Position numbers and translations under genes: made by a program. 64,000 nucleotides of DNA from a virus (taxonomy: Duplodnaviria > Caudoviricetes). The notes beneath the pieces were generated by a model, which saw only the letters and a program-made list of their open reading frames with translations, was not told the DNA's origin and made no database searches. This document shows, in pieces, positions 10,701-21,246 of this stretch (its first letter is position 1; each line of letters begins with the position of its first letter). Location of the stretch: positions 107,854 to 171,853 of IMG/VR virus record IMGVR_UViG_2902759955_000002; one strand, 5' to 3'.

Positions 10701-11240
10701 CTAGGGTGCCGCGCTCGTAGTGGACGTTGGTGGGCTGGTACTCATCGCAGGGGTGCTGGCAGGCGTCGTGCTCGCCGCGGTGCAGCCCGCTGTGCCCGCT
10801 GGCGTGTTGTTGCAATAGGTTTGCCATGCGGCGTCGATTTGTATCGTGCTAATCGCAGTTTCTTCAGCCTGCTGATCCTGCGTAGAGAGGACCTGTGTGG
10901 TTCCCTGCGGCTGGTAGTGTTTCTTCACCGCGATGATCTGTGTCTGGGTGCTCGCGTTCACCGCGACTTGCGTCGTATTCGCTGTCGCTTTCTGTGTGGT
11001 GTCGGCTGCAGCCACCTGGTCATTCACCTTGCCCGACTGCTGTAGCGTCTTGATCTGTGCAGTCAGGTTTTTGTTCGAGTTCGTGAGGTCGGTGATCTGC
11101 TGTGTGGCCTTCCCGGCCTGAGAGATCAGAGACTTGACTTGATGGGCTTCGTAAAGGCCGTACCCACCCAGGCCAAGAATGGCCGCGACGACAAGCGTCC
11201 CGATGATGAGGGTGGCATATTCCTTGATCGTGTCTAACAT
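10701..11240 (-). CDS. i-spanin (Rz-like)
   Basis: Single N-terminal TM helix, then coiled coil, then AWQTYC; directly upstream of the lipoprotein. Confidence 0.7.
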   Translation of the reverse strand: MLDTIKEYATLIIGTLVVAAILGLGGYGLYEAHQVKSLISQAGKATQQITDLTNSNKNLTAQIKTLQQSGKVNDQVAAADTTQKATANTTQVAVNASTQTQIIAVKKHYQPQGTTQVLSTQDQQAEETAISTIQIDAAWQTYCNNTPAGTAGCTAASTTPASTPAMSTSPPTSTTSAAP

Positions 11241-11812
11241 GCTTGTTCCTTGAATTGTTTCCAGACGGTGAGCGCGACGGCCAAAGCGTCGATCGAGTGC
11301 TCGTCCAGGTTGTCGAGGGGGATATCCCCGCTGTAACGCAAATCCGGCAAGAGCATCAGCTTTGCCTTGACGCCGTCCTTATCAGCATTGCCTGCTGCAC
11401 CGACGGCGTTCTTCACCGTGGGTGGATCGAATACGTACAGCTTCTTCCACGCGTCATAACGCATCACTGCATTGCGGATACCGCACATCACCTCTGTGAG
11501 TGCAAGTCCGGCCTGCGGGAAACGTTTATTGATGAAGGGGGCTTCTGACCCGATGAGGAAGGGCTGTGTGAAGAGGAACGTGCCGAGCAGTTCTTCCTCG
11601 AGTGCGGCAATGCGATTGAGTCGATCACCAAACATCGTGCTGGTCCAGGACTCCCGGTAGTACCGGTCACCCTGCAAGGTGCGAGCATCGCTAGAGACGA
11701 TCTGAAAATTCGAGAGATCGACCCAGATCGTGCCCACACCCAAGGTGTTACTACCTGGATCGATGCCGATGATCGCTGCGATGGACGACGCCCCGTGGGG
11801 CATCGCTATCAT
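11234..11812 (-). CDS. ruvC: Holliday junction resolvase, RuvC-like
   Basis: GIDPG, E(APF), PPTVKNAVG..GNADK and HSIDALAVA catalytic motifs. Confidence 0.9.
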   Translation of the reverse strand: MIAMPHGASSIAAIIGIDPGSNTLGVGTIWVDLSNFQIVSSDARTLQGDRYYRESWTSTMFGDRLNRIAALEEELLGTFLFTQPFLIGSEAPFINKRFPQAGLALTEVMCGIRNAVMRYDAWKKLYVFDPPTVKNAVGAAGNADKDGVKAKLMLLPDLRYSGDIPLDNLDEHSIDALAVALTVWKQFKEQAC

Positions 11813-11814
11813 GG

Positions 11815-12663
11815 TCAGCTCGTCGAAGTCAGGTTGTACAGCGGTTCGGTCGAGCCGGTATTCAGGTCGATCGTCACGCCGTTGTTCAGATATTTCATCG
11901 GATAGAACGCATCGATGAAGGAGCAGATCTGCGCACAGATCACTTCGGTCATGTTGTACGAGCCCGACGAGCCAGTGACGGTCGTGACCTGATCGACACC
12001 CGAGACCAGACCGATCTCGGAGATGATGGCAAGTCGTGCGTCGCCATAGATGATCGTCGCGCAGTTGACCAGCTCCGTCGCATCCTGCGCACTGAACGTC
12101 AGCCCCACGACCGACGCGGTCGAGATGTAGTCGCCCGAAACGACGTTGACGGAGTCACTCGAGACAGCCGGTGGCGTCGGATTCAGGTTCGAGGTGGTCG
12201 CCGCGTACGGCGTCGTGGTGGTCACGCCCGCCGACACGGTATTCATCGTGATTTCGGCTTCGACGTCGGTGAAGTCCATACGCCGCAGGTAATAGCAGGC
12301 GTACTGGATGCCGCCGTACGTCTCCACCTGACGCAAAGCATATTGAGCCTGTTGCGTCGTGGTCAGATCGCTTGTGACCGGACGCATGATGAAGGGCAAA
12401 TGCTTGAAGAGCGTCGAATCCGTTGCTTCGTGCTGCAGCTCATCCGGCGCCGGAATGTTGTCCGCGCCGACTGCCAGACCATGCGCGCCATTGCCGATGC
12501 AGTAGTAGCGCTGTGCCGGATAGATACCGGCCGCTGGCGCGACCCCCGAAAGCACATCGAACTTCTCGTTGAGCGTCGTGTCCGTCATCATCGTGAACGG
12601 CAGCTGCTGCAACAAGCAGGTCTGCAGATACGCGCCCCAGGCGGTCCGAGTAGTGGTTTCCAT
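11815..12663 (-). CDS. Virion structural protein (phiKZ-like baseplate region)
   Basis: TLNEKF, YYCIGNGAH, LFKHLPF and IISEIGLVSGVD patterns; ATG 12663 preferred as start. Confidence 0.65.
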   Translation of the reverse strand: METTTRTAWGAYLQTCLLQQLPFTMMTDTTLNEKFDVLSGVAPAAGIYPAQRYYCIGNGAHGLAVGADNIPAPDELQHEATDSTLFKHLPFIMRPVTSDLTTTQQAQYALRQVETYGGIQYACYYLRRMDFTDVEAEITMNTVSAGVTTTTPYAATTSNLNPTPPAVSSDSVNVVSGDYISTASVVGLTFSAQDATELVNCATIIYGDARLAIISEIGLVSGVDQVTTVTGSSGSYNMTEVICAQICSFIDAFYPMKYLNNGVTIDLNTGSTEPLYNLTSTS

Positions 12664-12753
12664 CTTGTATTCCAGTACGAGAGAAGTGTTGAGACGCGCG
12701 TCACCCTCATGGATGGGCATCCCATGACACAGGATTTAGAAGCGAAGGTTTTC

Positions 12754-15072
12754 TTACTGCGATGTGGGCGGCGTATAGACCAGACCACTCAGCGTGGAGA
12801 CCGGAAACACGTCGGTGATCTGCGCAATGGGCGTGTTGGCGGTGTTGTAGTTGGGGGAATAGACATCCACCAACGATTCAATCTGCTGCTCGGGCGTGAG
12901 CGCGAGCCACAGGTCCAGCCCCAGAACCGGGCGCAGCCCCCGGCTATTCGTCGGCAGGGGCGTGGCGGGACGCACTCCGATGCTCGCGATCGGCGCAATG
13001 CTGGTGACAAACGTGGGATGTTTGACGGGCCAGACTGTGTTCGCCACCGGGTGGTGAATCGTCGTGACGGCGGACGCACCAAGCATCTCGTTTGTCGCGG
13101 AGTTGATGTCGTAGCTAAGCTCGACTGAGCCGGTCACCGTCTCACCAATCACATCCGCGGTCGTGTTGCCGTCGTAAATGACCGCCCCGGCTTCCGTATC
13201 CACATCCCCCACGCGCACCATCGGCCAGTCGATGTCTTCGATGGTCGAGGTATTGATCGAACTCAGGTATTGCACGGAGTAGCTGGAGAGCTTCTCCATG
13301 ATCCCGAGCATCGCCGCCTGGATGTTGGCAAGGGTCGTCGCGGAGTCGAGCGTCAGACCCGTTGCCGCTTCGATGAAGCTCTTGTAGAGCGACTCGTAAT
13401 CGGCCGCCCCGAATGTCGACACGTCGATGTTGCGTGAATCGAACCACTCAGCGTACGTCTGGCCCGCACTGTCGCCCATCTGAATCCCGCAATCAGCGTA
13501 GATGCGCTCCACCATCCCGTAGACCATCCCACGGCGAACGTAGTGCTCCTGGAGGGCAACATAGCCGCGCTGATTGTTGGCCGCTGTCCAGATCTGGCTT
13601 GCTGCCGCATAGAACGACGTCACCGAAATCATCGGCACGATCGCGGGCGTCCAGCTCAAGACGTCCTCAGCCATATCTTGTGTCACGAGACTCGTGTCGA
13701 CCACGGACATCAGGTCGGACACACTGGGGGTCGGTATGCGCTGCACGCGCTTGGCGGTTACCAATGGCACCGGCTCGTCGGTCAGGTCGATCCCAAACGA
13801 CTGGCAGTAGCAGTACCACATGAAGACGTAGCCGTCCTTCGCATTCATCGGGACGATGGCATCGCCCGTCACCGGGTTGTCCACGACGATATAGGCCGTG
13901 TAGAGGCCCTGGCTGCTGAACCAGAGCCAGTGATGCAGAAGGATGTCCTCGAGCTTGTAAGGCGTCGAGTCCGACTCATCGATCATCTGCGAGCTGAGCA
14001 CCTTCGTCTGGAGCGAGTTCGATTTGCTGTTCTGCATCGCGAACTGGATATCTGACTCGACGAGGGTTTGAATGGTTGCGTTGTCGGTGGCTTCACCTGC
14101 CTCGTTGGTGAGCATCGTGTCGAGCGTCCACGTCGTATCCGGCACGAGGTTGTAGCCGAGATTGAGCGGGGTTGCCTCGAAGGTGATGGTCGGCACCAGT
14201 GAGGTCGTCGGCATTAACGACAGATCGTGCTTCATCAGGTACGCCGCAAGGGGCACATTGCGTGGCGTCAGGATCTGGGCGATCAGCGTCTGGAACGTCT
14301 CCTGACGCCCGCAGTTGCGCTCCAGGTAGTTGATGTTCCGGTAAAGCCACATCGACTGCGAAAGCGTGAGCTGCGGGATGTATTCATCCAGCCCTAGGTG
14401 CGAGGCGAGGTATTGCTGCACGTGATAGCTGTGTGCTTCAGCCGTCCCGCAGGCTTCAAGTCGGAACGTCATGATGGCCATGAACAGGCCGAGATACATG
14501 TTGGCCAACTGGATCGTCGGGTAAAGCGCGTCACTGATCGCGTACTGCGGATTGATCCAGCGCTGCTTGAACCCTGTCACCCAGTTTTGCAGCTTCGCAA
14601 TGAGGCTGTATTCATTCTCGTCCACATAGGTGGATGGATAGCCGAGGATCGTGCCGTCATCGGCGTCGATCGCCGTCGTGATGTCCACGGGATAGATGAT
14701 CCCGAGAATCAGCGATACCTGCGCCGGATACATCGCCACTAGCGCGAGGTATTCACGCGTGCCGTACACATAAGCCGCAGCCGTTGCTGTGTGAATCGTC
14801 AGGTTCGCCACCGTGAAGTCAATGACCTCCATGGTGTCGAGTGACGTGACCGTCATCATCGTGTCGGTGAAATGGTACTGCCCCGAGATGTTCATGTAGT
14901 ACTTCCATGTCGTCGGGTCGGTTTCGTCCACGTAGGACGCTCCGTAGTAGTCCGTCACGTATTGATTGAGGCCATCCACACTCTCCTGCGACTTGATGGC
15001 CATTGTTGCAGCCAGGCTCTGGCAGTCACTGACATAGAGCGAATAAACGTTACTGGAATTGGTGGATGCCAC
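12754..15072 (-). CDS. Virion structural protein (phiKZ gp128-like)
   Basis: 772 aa; TWKYYMNISGQYH, SMWLYRNINYL and KLSSYSVQY; divergent from the portal gene as in phiKZ-like synteny. Confidence 0.65.
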   Translation of the reverse strand: MASTNSSNVYSLYVSDCQSLAATMAIKSQESVDGLNQYVTDYYGASYVDETDPTTWKYYMNISGQYHFTDTMMTVTSLDTMEVIDFTVANLTIHTATAAAYVYGTREYLALVAMYPAQVSLILGIIYPVDITTAIDADDGTILGYPSTYVDENEYSLIAKLQNWVTGFKQRWINPQYAISDALYPTIQLANMYLGLFMAIMTFRLEACGTAEAHSYHVQQYLASHLGLDEYIPQLTLSQSMWLYRNINYLERNCGRQETFQTLIAQILTPRNVPLAAYLMKHDLSLMPTTSLVPTITFEATPLNLGYNLVPDTTWTLDTMLTNEAGEATDNATIQTLVESDIQFAMQNSKSNSLQTKVLSSQMIDESDSTPYKLEDILLHHWLWFSSQGLYTAYIVVDNPVTGDAIVPMNAKDGYVFMWYCYCQSFGIDLTDEPVPLVTAKRVQRIPTPSVSDLMSVVDTSLVTQDMAEDVLSWTPAIVPMISVTSFYAAASQIWTAANNQRGYVALQEHYVRRGMVYGMVERIYADCGIQMGDSAGQTYAEWFDSRNIDVSTFGAADYESLYKSFIEAATGLTLDSATTLANIQAAMLGIMEKLSSYSVQYLSSINTSTIEDIDWPMVRVGDVDTEAGAVIYDGNTTADVIGETVTGSVELSYDINSATNEMLGASAVTTIHHPVANTVWPVKHPTFVTSIAPIASIGVRPATPLPTNSRGLRPVLGLDLWLALTPEQQIESLVDVYSPNYNTANTPIAQITDVFPVSTLSGLVYTPPTSQ

Positions 15073-15106
15073 GAGGTTGTCCCCAGGAATACAAAAGAGG
15101 TTTGCA

Positions 15107-18100
15107 ATGACGTCAAATGCTTATAAAAGCGCCATTGAATTGGCGGGAAGCGGTAAGAAGTTTCCCGTCATGCAGATGGTTCGGCAGGACCCGGGGATGG
15201 CAGCAACTATTGCCAAGCTAGTGCCGTCGCAGCACCCCACGCAGTACGACAACGCGGGTAACCGTGAGGTCACGCAGCCCAATCTGTACAACTTCCGCAA
15301 TACCGCTGAGCAGACCGCGCAGAACGTCAACGACGCTGAAACGGTCATGCAGTTGCTGCCGGACATGGAGCTGGCCCAACAGATTCTGGTGTCGAGCGTG
15401 GGCTCTCCCAAGGACATGATGTCGTTGGAGTTGACCTACACACCGCCAGAGGGGCTGATGGCCTCCGATGTCAGCTCGGCTTTAATCGAGCGATATCGGC
15501 AGCACTTTGAACAAGTCCATAAAATAAAGCCGCTCATCCCCAAGATGCTGCGCGATATGCTGTTCGCAACCGGCTCGTATGCGATCGCCGTCATCCCGGA
15601 AAACTCGGTCGACGAAGTGATCAACGGGCAGGTGCGGCTGTCGATGGAGTCCCTCGCGGATCATCTGTATCCGGACGGTACGGTGAAAACCGTGGGGCTG
15701 CTGGGACCGGTACAAACCGAACAGCCCACTGAGACACGGCGCGCCGTGGGTGTCTCGATGGAGTCCTTCACGGACTACCGTTACGACACCAACAAGGACG
15801 TTGGTCAGGTGCGTTTTGAGAGTTCGCTGAAGTCGCCGCTGCACACAAGTGACGTGTTCCTGACCGTCACGGACAATCCGACGGTGCTCAAGGTCCCGCA
15901 GATCAATGCGAAGATCCGCGAGCAACGCATCATGCAAGCGATTGGTTCGAGTGCGCTGGAGTCGATCGGTTTTGGCCAGCAGTCGCTGACCAAGATGAAC
16001 GACCGGGAACTCACAGGTCTGCTCTATCGCAACAAGACCTATGGTTACCAGCCAGTGGCCACCGTCAAGACGCAGGAGCAGCTGTCGCGCCGGATGATCG
16101 GCAACCCGATGGTGCTGCACATCCCGTCAGAAGCAGTTATCCCCGTGCATGTGCCGGGTAGCCCGAAGCATCAGATTGGCTTCTTCGTCTTGCTGGACGT
16201 GGATGGTCATCCGGTCGTGCGTCAGGAAATCACGGACAACTACCAGCAGATGGGGCAGCGCATGTCGACGAGCGGGAATTTCCCCTCGGCCATGCTCACG
16301 AAGGTCAAGAGCCAGATGCAGGGCTTTGACATCGGCAACAAGGACCACCTGGACTTCAGCTCGCGCGTCTACGGCGAGATGGTGGAGCAGGATCTGTTGG
16401 CGCGGCTGCGTAACGGGGTGTACGGACAGGGTGTGGAGTTGGCAAAACGCGAAGAGATCTACCGGATCATGTTCTCGCGGGCCTTGGCCAAGCAGCACAC
16501 TCAGATGCTCTTCATTCCGGTCGAATTCATGACCTACTTTGCGTTGCGCTTTAGCAAGGACGGGATCGGCGAATCACTGCTCGATGAAATGAAGGTGCTG
16601 AACAGCCTGCGCACCATGCTGCTGTTTGCGAACGTGATGGCGGGGATCAAGAACTCGATCGGGCGCACGGAAGTGAAGCTCAAGTTCGACGAGGACGATC
16701 CCAACCCGGAGAAGACGGCCGAGATTGCGCAGGCTGAAATCATCCGCAGTCGCCAGAACTTCCTGCCGCTGGGGGTGAATTCACCAGCCGAGTCCGTGGA
16801 CTTCATCACGCGTGCCGGGTTTGAGTTCACGTACGAAGGGCACCCAGGCATGCCTGATGTGTCGATTGACTTCGGCGAGAAGAACACGAACTACACACGA
16901 CCGGATACCGATCTGGAAGATAACCTGCGCAAGCGGGCGATCATGAAGACGGGTATCCCCCCTGAGACGGTGGATGCGGCCTACCAGCCGGAGTTGGCGA
17001 CGTCGGTGGTCACCAACAACATCCTCCTGTCCAAGCGCGTCATGCAGATCCAGGATGAGTTCCACCCGCAGCTGGCCACCCATATGCGGATCCACGCCAT
17101 GAACTCCGAGCAGCTCATGACGGATATGAAGGAGATCTTGCGGCAGAACTTTGCCAAGATCCGCTTCTCGCGTGAGGACCATGCGACCGCGCGCAATGGT
17201 GCGGTCCCCAGTGCAGACACGAAAGTGCATGCGCCGGTGATCGAGGAAAAGCGCAAGACACCACAGATCAACGATGACCAGAAGGAGTTTCTGATCCAGC
17301 AAACGCTGATCGAATTCCTGATGAACATCGAGGTGTCGCTGCCGCGGCCGAACAGCTCGACGCTGGAAAACCAGGTCACAGCCTTGGAGACGTATATCAA
17401 GGCGCTCGACATGGGGTTGGAGGCATGGTTGTCCGAGACCTTCTTCACGACGGATACCGCCGGAGATATCGCCGAAAAGATCCAGCCGTTGAAGGAAACG
17501 GCCAAGTCATACTTCATCCGGCAGTGGATGTCGGAAAACGGCATGTTGAGCGAGCTTGCGCAGCTCACGACCACCGGCGAAGATGGCAAGCCGCTGATGG
17601 ACGTGTTCAAGATCCAGGGCGAGCACATCGAACAGTTGAGCAAGACGTTCGGTGCGTTCTTCAAGGACATCATGCCACGCATCAATTCGACGAACGCTGA
17701 GTTCAAGAAGGTCGAGGACAAGAACACCACGCAGGGCGGTGGCGCTTCCTCGGGCGGTGGCGACGGAAACAGCGGCGGCGGTGGCGACGACATGTTCGGC
17801 GGTGGCGACCAAGGTGGTGAAGGCGGCGGTGGTGATGGCGGCCTCGGCGACATGCCAGACTTTGGTGGCACGGATGACACGTCCACAGGCGGTACGGGCG
17901 AAGAACCGGCGGCAGGCGGCGAAGGAGGCGGGAATGAAGGTGCCAATTCGGGTTCGGAAGGGAACGACAACTCGACGAGTGAAAACACCAGCAAGCCCGA
18001 CAACAACGCCGAAGGCAGCAACGACAGCAATGATGGTGGTGGCGAAGGGAACAACGACGCCAACAACGAAGAGCAGTCGCTGAACGCAGGGACGGATGAC

Positions 18101-18181
18101 GAAGACGAGAAGGATAAGGACAAGGACGAGAAGGACAAGGACGACAAGTCCAAGTCCGACAAGGCCTCGCCGAGTCTCTAA
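15107..18181 (+). CDS. Portal protein (phiKZ gp129-like)
   Basis: ~1024 aa; LLPDMELA.QILVSS..SPKD and GFFVLLD.DG.P; acidic Gly-rich tail; AGAGG RBS before ATG 15107; synteny. Confidence 0.7.
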   Translation: MTSNAYKSAIELAGSGKKFPVMQMVRQDPGMAATIAKLVPSQHPTQYDNAGNREVTQPNLYNFRNTAEQTAQNVNDAETVMQLLPDMELAQQILVSSVGSPKDMMSLELTYTPPEGLMASDVSSALIERYRQHFEQVHKIKPLIPKMLRDMLFATGSYAIAVIPENSVDEVINGQVRLSMESLADHLYPDGTVKTVGLLGPVQTEQPTETRRAVGVSMESFTDYRYDTNKDVGQVRFESSLKSPLHTSDVFLTVTDNPTVLKVPQINAKIREQRIMQAIGSSALESIGFGQQSLTKMNDRELTGLLYRNKTYGYQPVATVKTQEQLSRRMIGNPMVLHIPSEAVIPVHVPGSPKHQIGFFVLLDVDGHPVVRQEITDNYQQMGQRMSTSGNFPSAMLTKVKSQMQGFDIGNKDHLDFSSRVYGEMVEQDLLARLRNGVYGQGVELAKREEIYRIMFSRALAKQHTQMLFIPVEFMTYFALRFSKDGIGESLLDEMKVLNSLRTMLLFANVMAGIKNSIGRTEVKLKFDEDDPNPEKTAEIAQAEIIRSRQNFLPLGVNSPAESVDFITRAGFEFTYEGHPGMPDVSIDFGEKNTNYTRPDTDLEDNLRKRAIMKTGIPPETVDAAYQPELATSVVTNNILLSKRVMQIQDEFHPQLATHMRIHAMNSEQLMTDMKEILRQNFAKIRFSREDHATARNGAVPSADTKVHAPVIEEKRKTPQINDDQKEFLIQQTLIEFLMNIEVSLPRPNSSTLENQVTALETYIKALDMGLEAWLSETFFTTDTAGDIAEKIQPLKETAKSYFIRQWMSENGMLSELAQLTTTGEDGKPLMDVFKIQGEHIEQLSKTFGAFFKDIMPRINSTNAEFKKVEDKNTTQGGGASSGGGDGNSGGGGDDMFGGGDQGGEGGGGDGGLGDMPDFGGTDDTSTGGTGEEPAAGGEGGGNEGANSGSEGNDNSTSENTSKPDNNAEGSNDSNDGGGEGNNDANNEEQSLNAGTDDEDEKDKDKDEKDKDDKSKSDKASPSL

Positions 18182-18207
18182 GCGTCTCTGAAACCAAAAA
18201 AAAGTGA

Positions 18208-18248
18208 CGGCATACGGCCCACACCCGAAAGGGTGTGGGCTTTATGAC
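18208..18248. terminator. Bidirectional CATA-hairpin-TATG element
   Basis: GGCATAC-GGCCCACACCC-GAAA-GGGTGTGGGCT-TTATGAC between convergent genes. Confidence 0.75.
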
Positions 18249-18259
18249 GATTGCTTGGC

Positions 18260-18664
18260 TTACGCGGCGACGTCTTCGAACTCCACGTCGGTCACATCGT
18301 CGGGCAGCGGGGCATTGGCTTCGATGATCTCTTCCACCACGGCCGGGTCGGTGCCATAGACAACGCTGGCGATGCCCAGCGTGTCCGGATGGTCCACCGC
18401 GAAGGCCACGACCTCTTCGGGCGTGGCGATCTGCTTCACAGCGATCGGTGTGTCGAAGAGCGCCGGGCGTTCGGTGCGAACGAGATCCAGCAGACTCGGG
18501 ATCTGGCTCACGTTGGCTTCGGTGTCACCTTGGGGCGACTCCACCGTGATGTCGGTAAAGCCAGCTTCCGTCAGGGCGTTCTGCACGACGCCGTAGACGA
18601 GGGCGCTGGTCTCGACGTCGCCGCCTTGGACCAGTACTTCGAGCGGTGCGTGTTGATTCGACAT
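18260..18664 (-). CDS. Hypothetical acidic protein
   Basis: AAGGA RBS; phage-like codon usage. Confidence 0.7.
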   Translation of the reverse strand: MSNQHAPLEVLVQGGDVETSALVYGVVQNALTEAGFTDITVESPQGDTEANVSQIPSLLDLVRTERPALFDTPIAVKQIATPEEVVAFAVDHPDTLGIASVVYGTDPAVVEEIIEANAPLPDDVTDVEFEDVAA

Positions 18665-18761
18665 GTTGCGTTTCCTTGTGGTGATGACAGCTAGGTTGAT
18701 AAGAAAGACAGGGGCGTCCTTCTGTTGATAAAGGCGTGCAGTAGGAATTACCTACCGTCCA

Positions 18762-19148
18762 TCAGGCATCAGTGAGCTGGACATACTCCATCCACTTCTC
18801 ACCTGAGGGCAGGCTTCGGAAGAATCTGGCAGATTCACGTTCATGCGGTTCGAGTTCGATGTGTCCCCCGCGCAAGATCGCACCAAAGAGGTAGAAGACG
18901 TCGCCCTGTACGGGTGCGCCGTGAGACTCTTCGATGCCGGCGAAGGTCTCGGTCGATGCCAGCACTTCGTCGTAGAAGAGGGTCGCGAGCCGTCCGCGCT
19001 CGGCTTGGATGTGGGTGTGTCGAATACCCGATTGCACGAGTTTCGTGGTTTCTTCAACGTCGTCTGGCAATGTCACGCCTTTGATGATGTCCAGATCGAG
19101 CATCAAATTACTAACGTCTTGCTGGAAGTCACTGCATGAATAAGTCAT
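18762..19148 (-). CDS. Hypothetical protein
   Basis: AAGGAGG RBS upstream of ATG 19148. Confidence 0.7.
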   Translation of the reverse strand: MTYSCSDFQQDVSNLMLDLDIIKGVTLPDDVEETTKLVQSGIRHTHIQAERGRLATLFYDEVLASTETFAGIEESHGAPVQGDVFYLFGAILRGGHIELEPHERESARFFRSLPSGEKWMEYVQLTDA

Positions 19149-19199
19149 TGGGCCTCCTTCTGGGCATAAAGCGGAGAGCCGAAGCTCCCCGCATCCTGA

Positions 19200-21176
19200 T
19201 TACTTCAACAGGCGGATCACGAACAGCTCGTCGCCCAGGAAGCCCACGTCGGCTTCGAGGATCTTGCCATCCAGCGTCTGGATCAACACACGGTCAACCG
19301 TCGCACTGAACGACTGCGCTTCTTCCACAGCATCCTTGATCACCTGATAGAGCACAGGCGTCTGGCTCTTCAACAGCACGGCCGGGATATCCTTCGCGAA
19401 TTCGATGGACAACTGATGCGACAGGCAGTTGAGATACGTGAAGCTCACGTTCGAGACCAGGAACGTCAACTTTGGCTTCTTGCCCTCGATTTCCGCTTCG
19501 CCCAGGATCAATTCCGTCAGGGCGTTGTGCGTGTCTTCGCTTACTGTTTCGAAGATGCCGCGAATCAGCGTGCGCTGGTTCTGCACGAACGCCTTGAAGA
19601 TCAACTCGCCCATCGAGTCGTTCAGATACGCGAGCAGATCTTCGATGTCGTGCGTGAAGGAATCGATGGACACTTCGGTGACGCTCATGTTCAGCGCGAG
19701 GACGCGGTTGACCATGTCCGTTGCACGCTTGTTCGCGCGATACCACAGCGCCGGCGAGACGTCGCCGAATGCATTGTTCAGCGCTTCCTTCAGTTCCAGG
19801 AATGTCTCTGCGTCGCGGAAGTTGTCCACGAAGGCCGATTCGTCCTCCAGACCCACTGCCGCTTCGGTTACCTGAGCGTAGAGGCGGAAGATTTCCGGCT
19901 TGACACCGTTCTCGGTCGAGTTGGCCCACTCGACTGCGCCCTTGAGCCAGCAACCCGCGACCGAGACATCCGCGTACCAGGCTTCACGTACACGCGTGGT
20001 GAGCTTGGCCGGGAGTTCTTCCGTGCGTTGCACGCGCTCCTGCTCGATTTCGACGACACCGCGGTTCAGATTTTTCATGATCTGATCGGTGTTGGTGAGA
20101 TCGAGTGATGGGGCCATCGGTCCGAAGGCGCTGCTTGTTTTGTGACGATCGTAATCCATGATGTCCTTGCGTTGCGTGACGAACGCGTTGACCTGCCCCG
20201 AGGCCAACCGTTGATAGAAAAGCTGGTGCGTCACCGGGTTGTAAGACGGGTGGTATGGCTGGTGTTCCGATGGCGTCCACTTCAACTTAGTCGTCTGTGC
20301 GTCTTCCAGCGGCCCATCAGTGGGTTCAGCGATTGCGTTCACGGGTGTTCTCTCCTGGACTGCGTGTTGGACCGGCGAAGGGGCCTCCTGTGCTGCGGCG
20401 TAGCGGGGGGTAACCATGTTCGGCAGTTCGGCCGAGGAATAGCGATCCCCCATCGTGCGACCCTGTGGGTTCGCGGGCACTTGCTGCTGACCATTCGTGA
20501 ATGGCGAATTCGCACCACCAGCGGCGTAACCCATGCGTTGCTGCTGCTGCTGGCCGCCGCCGAAGCGGGGATCACCCCCGGGATGACGCTGTTGATAGCC
20601 GTTATAGCCACCTCCACCGCCATTGCCGGCGTAACCACCCCGCTGTTGGTTGCTGTACTGCTGCTGAGGCGGATACTGGAGATAGCCGTTTTGCTGACGG
20701 AAGCGCTCGATGCGCCCAGACAGATTCTCGAAGCCGTAGATCAGGTTGTCGATCGGTTGGGATGAGTTCGGATTGATGTAGCGGCGCAGGCCCCGATAGA
20801 GCTTGAGCATGGTGGCCACCAGCATCTCGATGACTTCCGGCACCGCACCCTCGATCACGTTTTCCATCTGGCGATGCGGCTGTTCGCACACCGTCATCAC
20901 GGAAAAGTCGATGATCGCCTGAACCAGATTCGTGAACTCAGGGTTGTTGAACTGGTTTTGCGCCATCAGGTTGAAGAAGAACTTACGGAGCGGGTTCGAC
21001 TCGGCGGTGCGCTGAATCTCGTCTGCTGCGAGGCCCGCCACTAGCGGGACGTAGTTCCCCATCCAGTTCTCGATGGTCAGCTGCCCGACCATCGGCGGAT
21101 TCTGCGGACCGAGATTCAGATACGGCCATTGCAGCTGATCGGCGCTGACGGGCAGGTTGTCCGTATTGTTGTACAT
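19200..21176 (-). CDS. Conserved phiKZ-like hypothetical protein with a Q/G/Y-rich low-complexity linker
   Basis: 658 aa; AAGGA RBS; follows the RNAP subunit gene. Confidence 0.7.
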   Translation of the reverse strand: MYNNTDNLPVSADQLQWPYLNLGPQNPPMVGQLTIENWMGNYVPLVAGLAADEIQRTAESNPLRKFFFNLMAQNQFNNPEFTNLVQAIIDFSVMTVCEQPHRQMENVIEGAVPEVIEMLVATMLKLYRGLRRYINPNSSQPIDNLIYGFENLSGRIERFRQQNGYLQYPPQQQYSNQQRGGYAGNGGGGGYNGYQQRHPGGDPRFGGGQQQQQRMGYAAGGANSPFTNGQQQVPANPQGRTMGDRYSSAELPNMVTPRYAAAQEAPSPVQHAVQERTPVNAIAEPTDGPLEDAQTTKLKWTPSEHQPYHPSYNPVTHQLFYQRLASGQVNAFVTQRKDIMDYDRHKTSSAFGPMAPSLDLTNTDQIMKNLNRGVVEIEQERVQRTEELPAKLTTRVREAWYADVSVAGCWLKGAVEWANSTENGVKPEIFRLYAQVTEAAVGLEDESAFVDNFRDAETFLELKEALNNAFGDVSPALWYRANKRATDMVNRVLALNMSVTEVSIDSFTHDIEDLLAYLNDSMGELIFKAFVQNQRTLIRGIFETVSEDTHNALTELILGEAEIEGKKPKLTFLVSNVSFTYLNCLSHQLSIEFAKDIPAVLLKSQTPVLYQVIKDAVEEAQSFSATVDRVLIQTLDGKILEADVGFLGDELFVIRLLK

Positions 21177-21246
21177 CGCTTCATTCCTTGTTTGTTTGTC
21201 GGGCGCTGATGCGGCGCCCGATTATTAATGACTAATGCTTGGTCTT

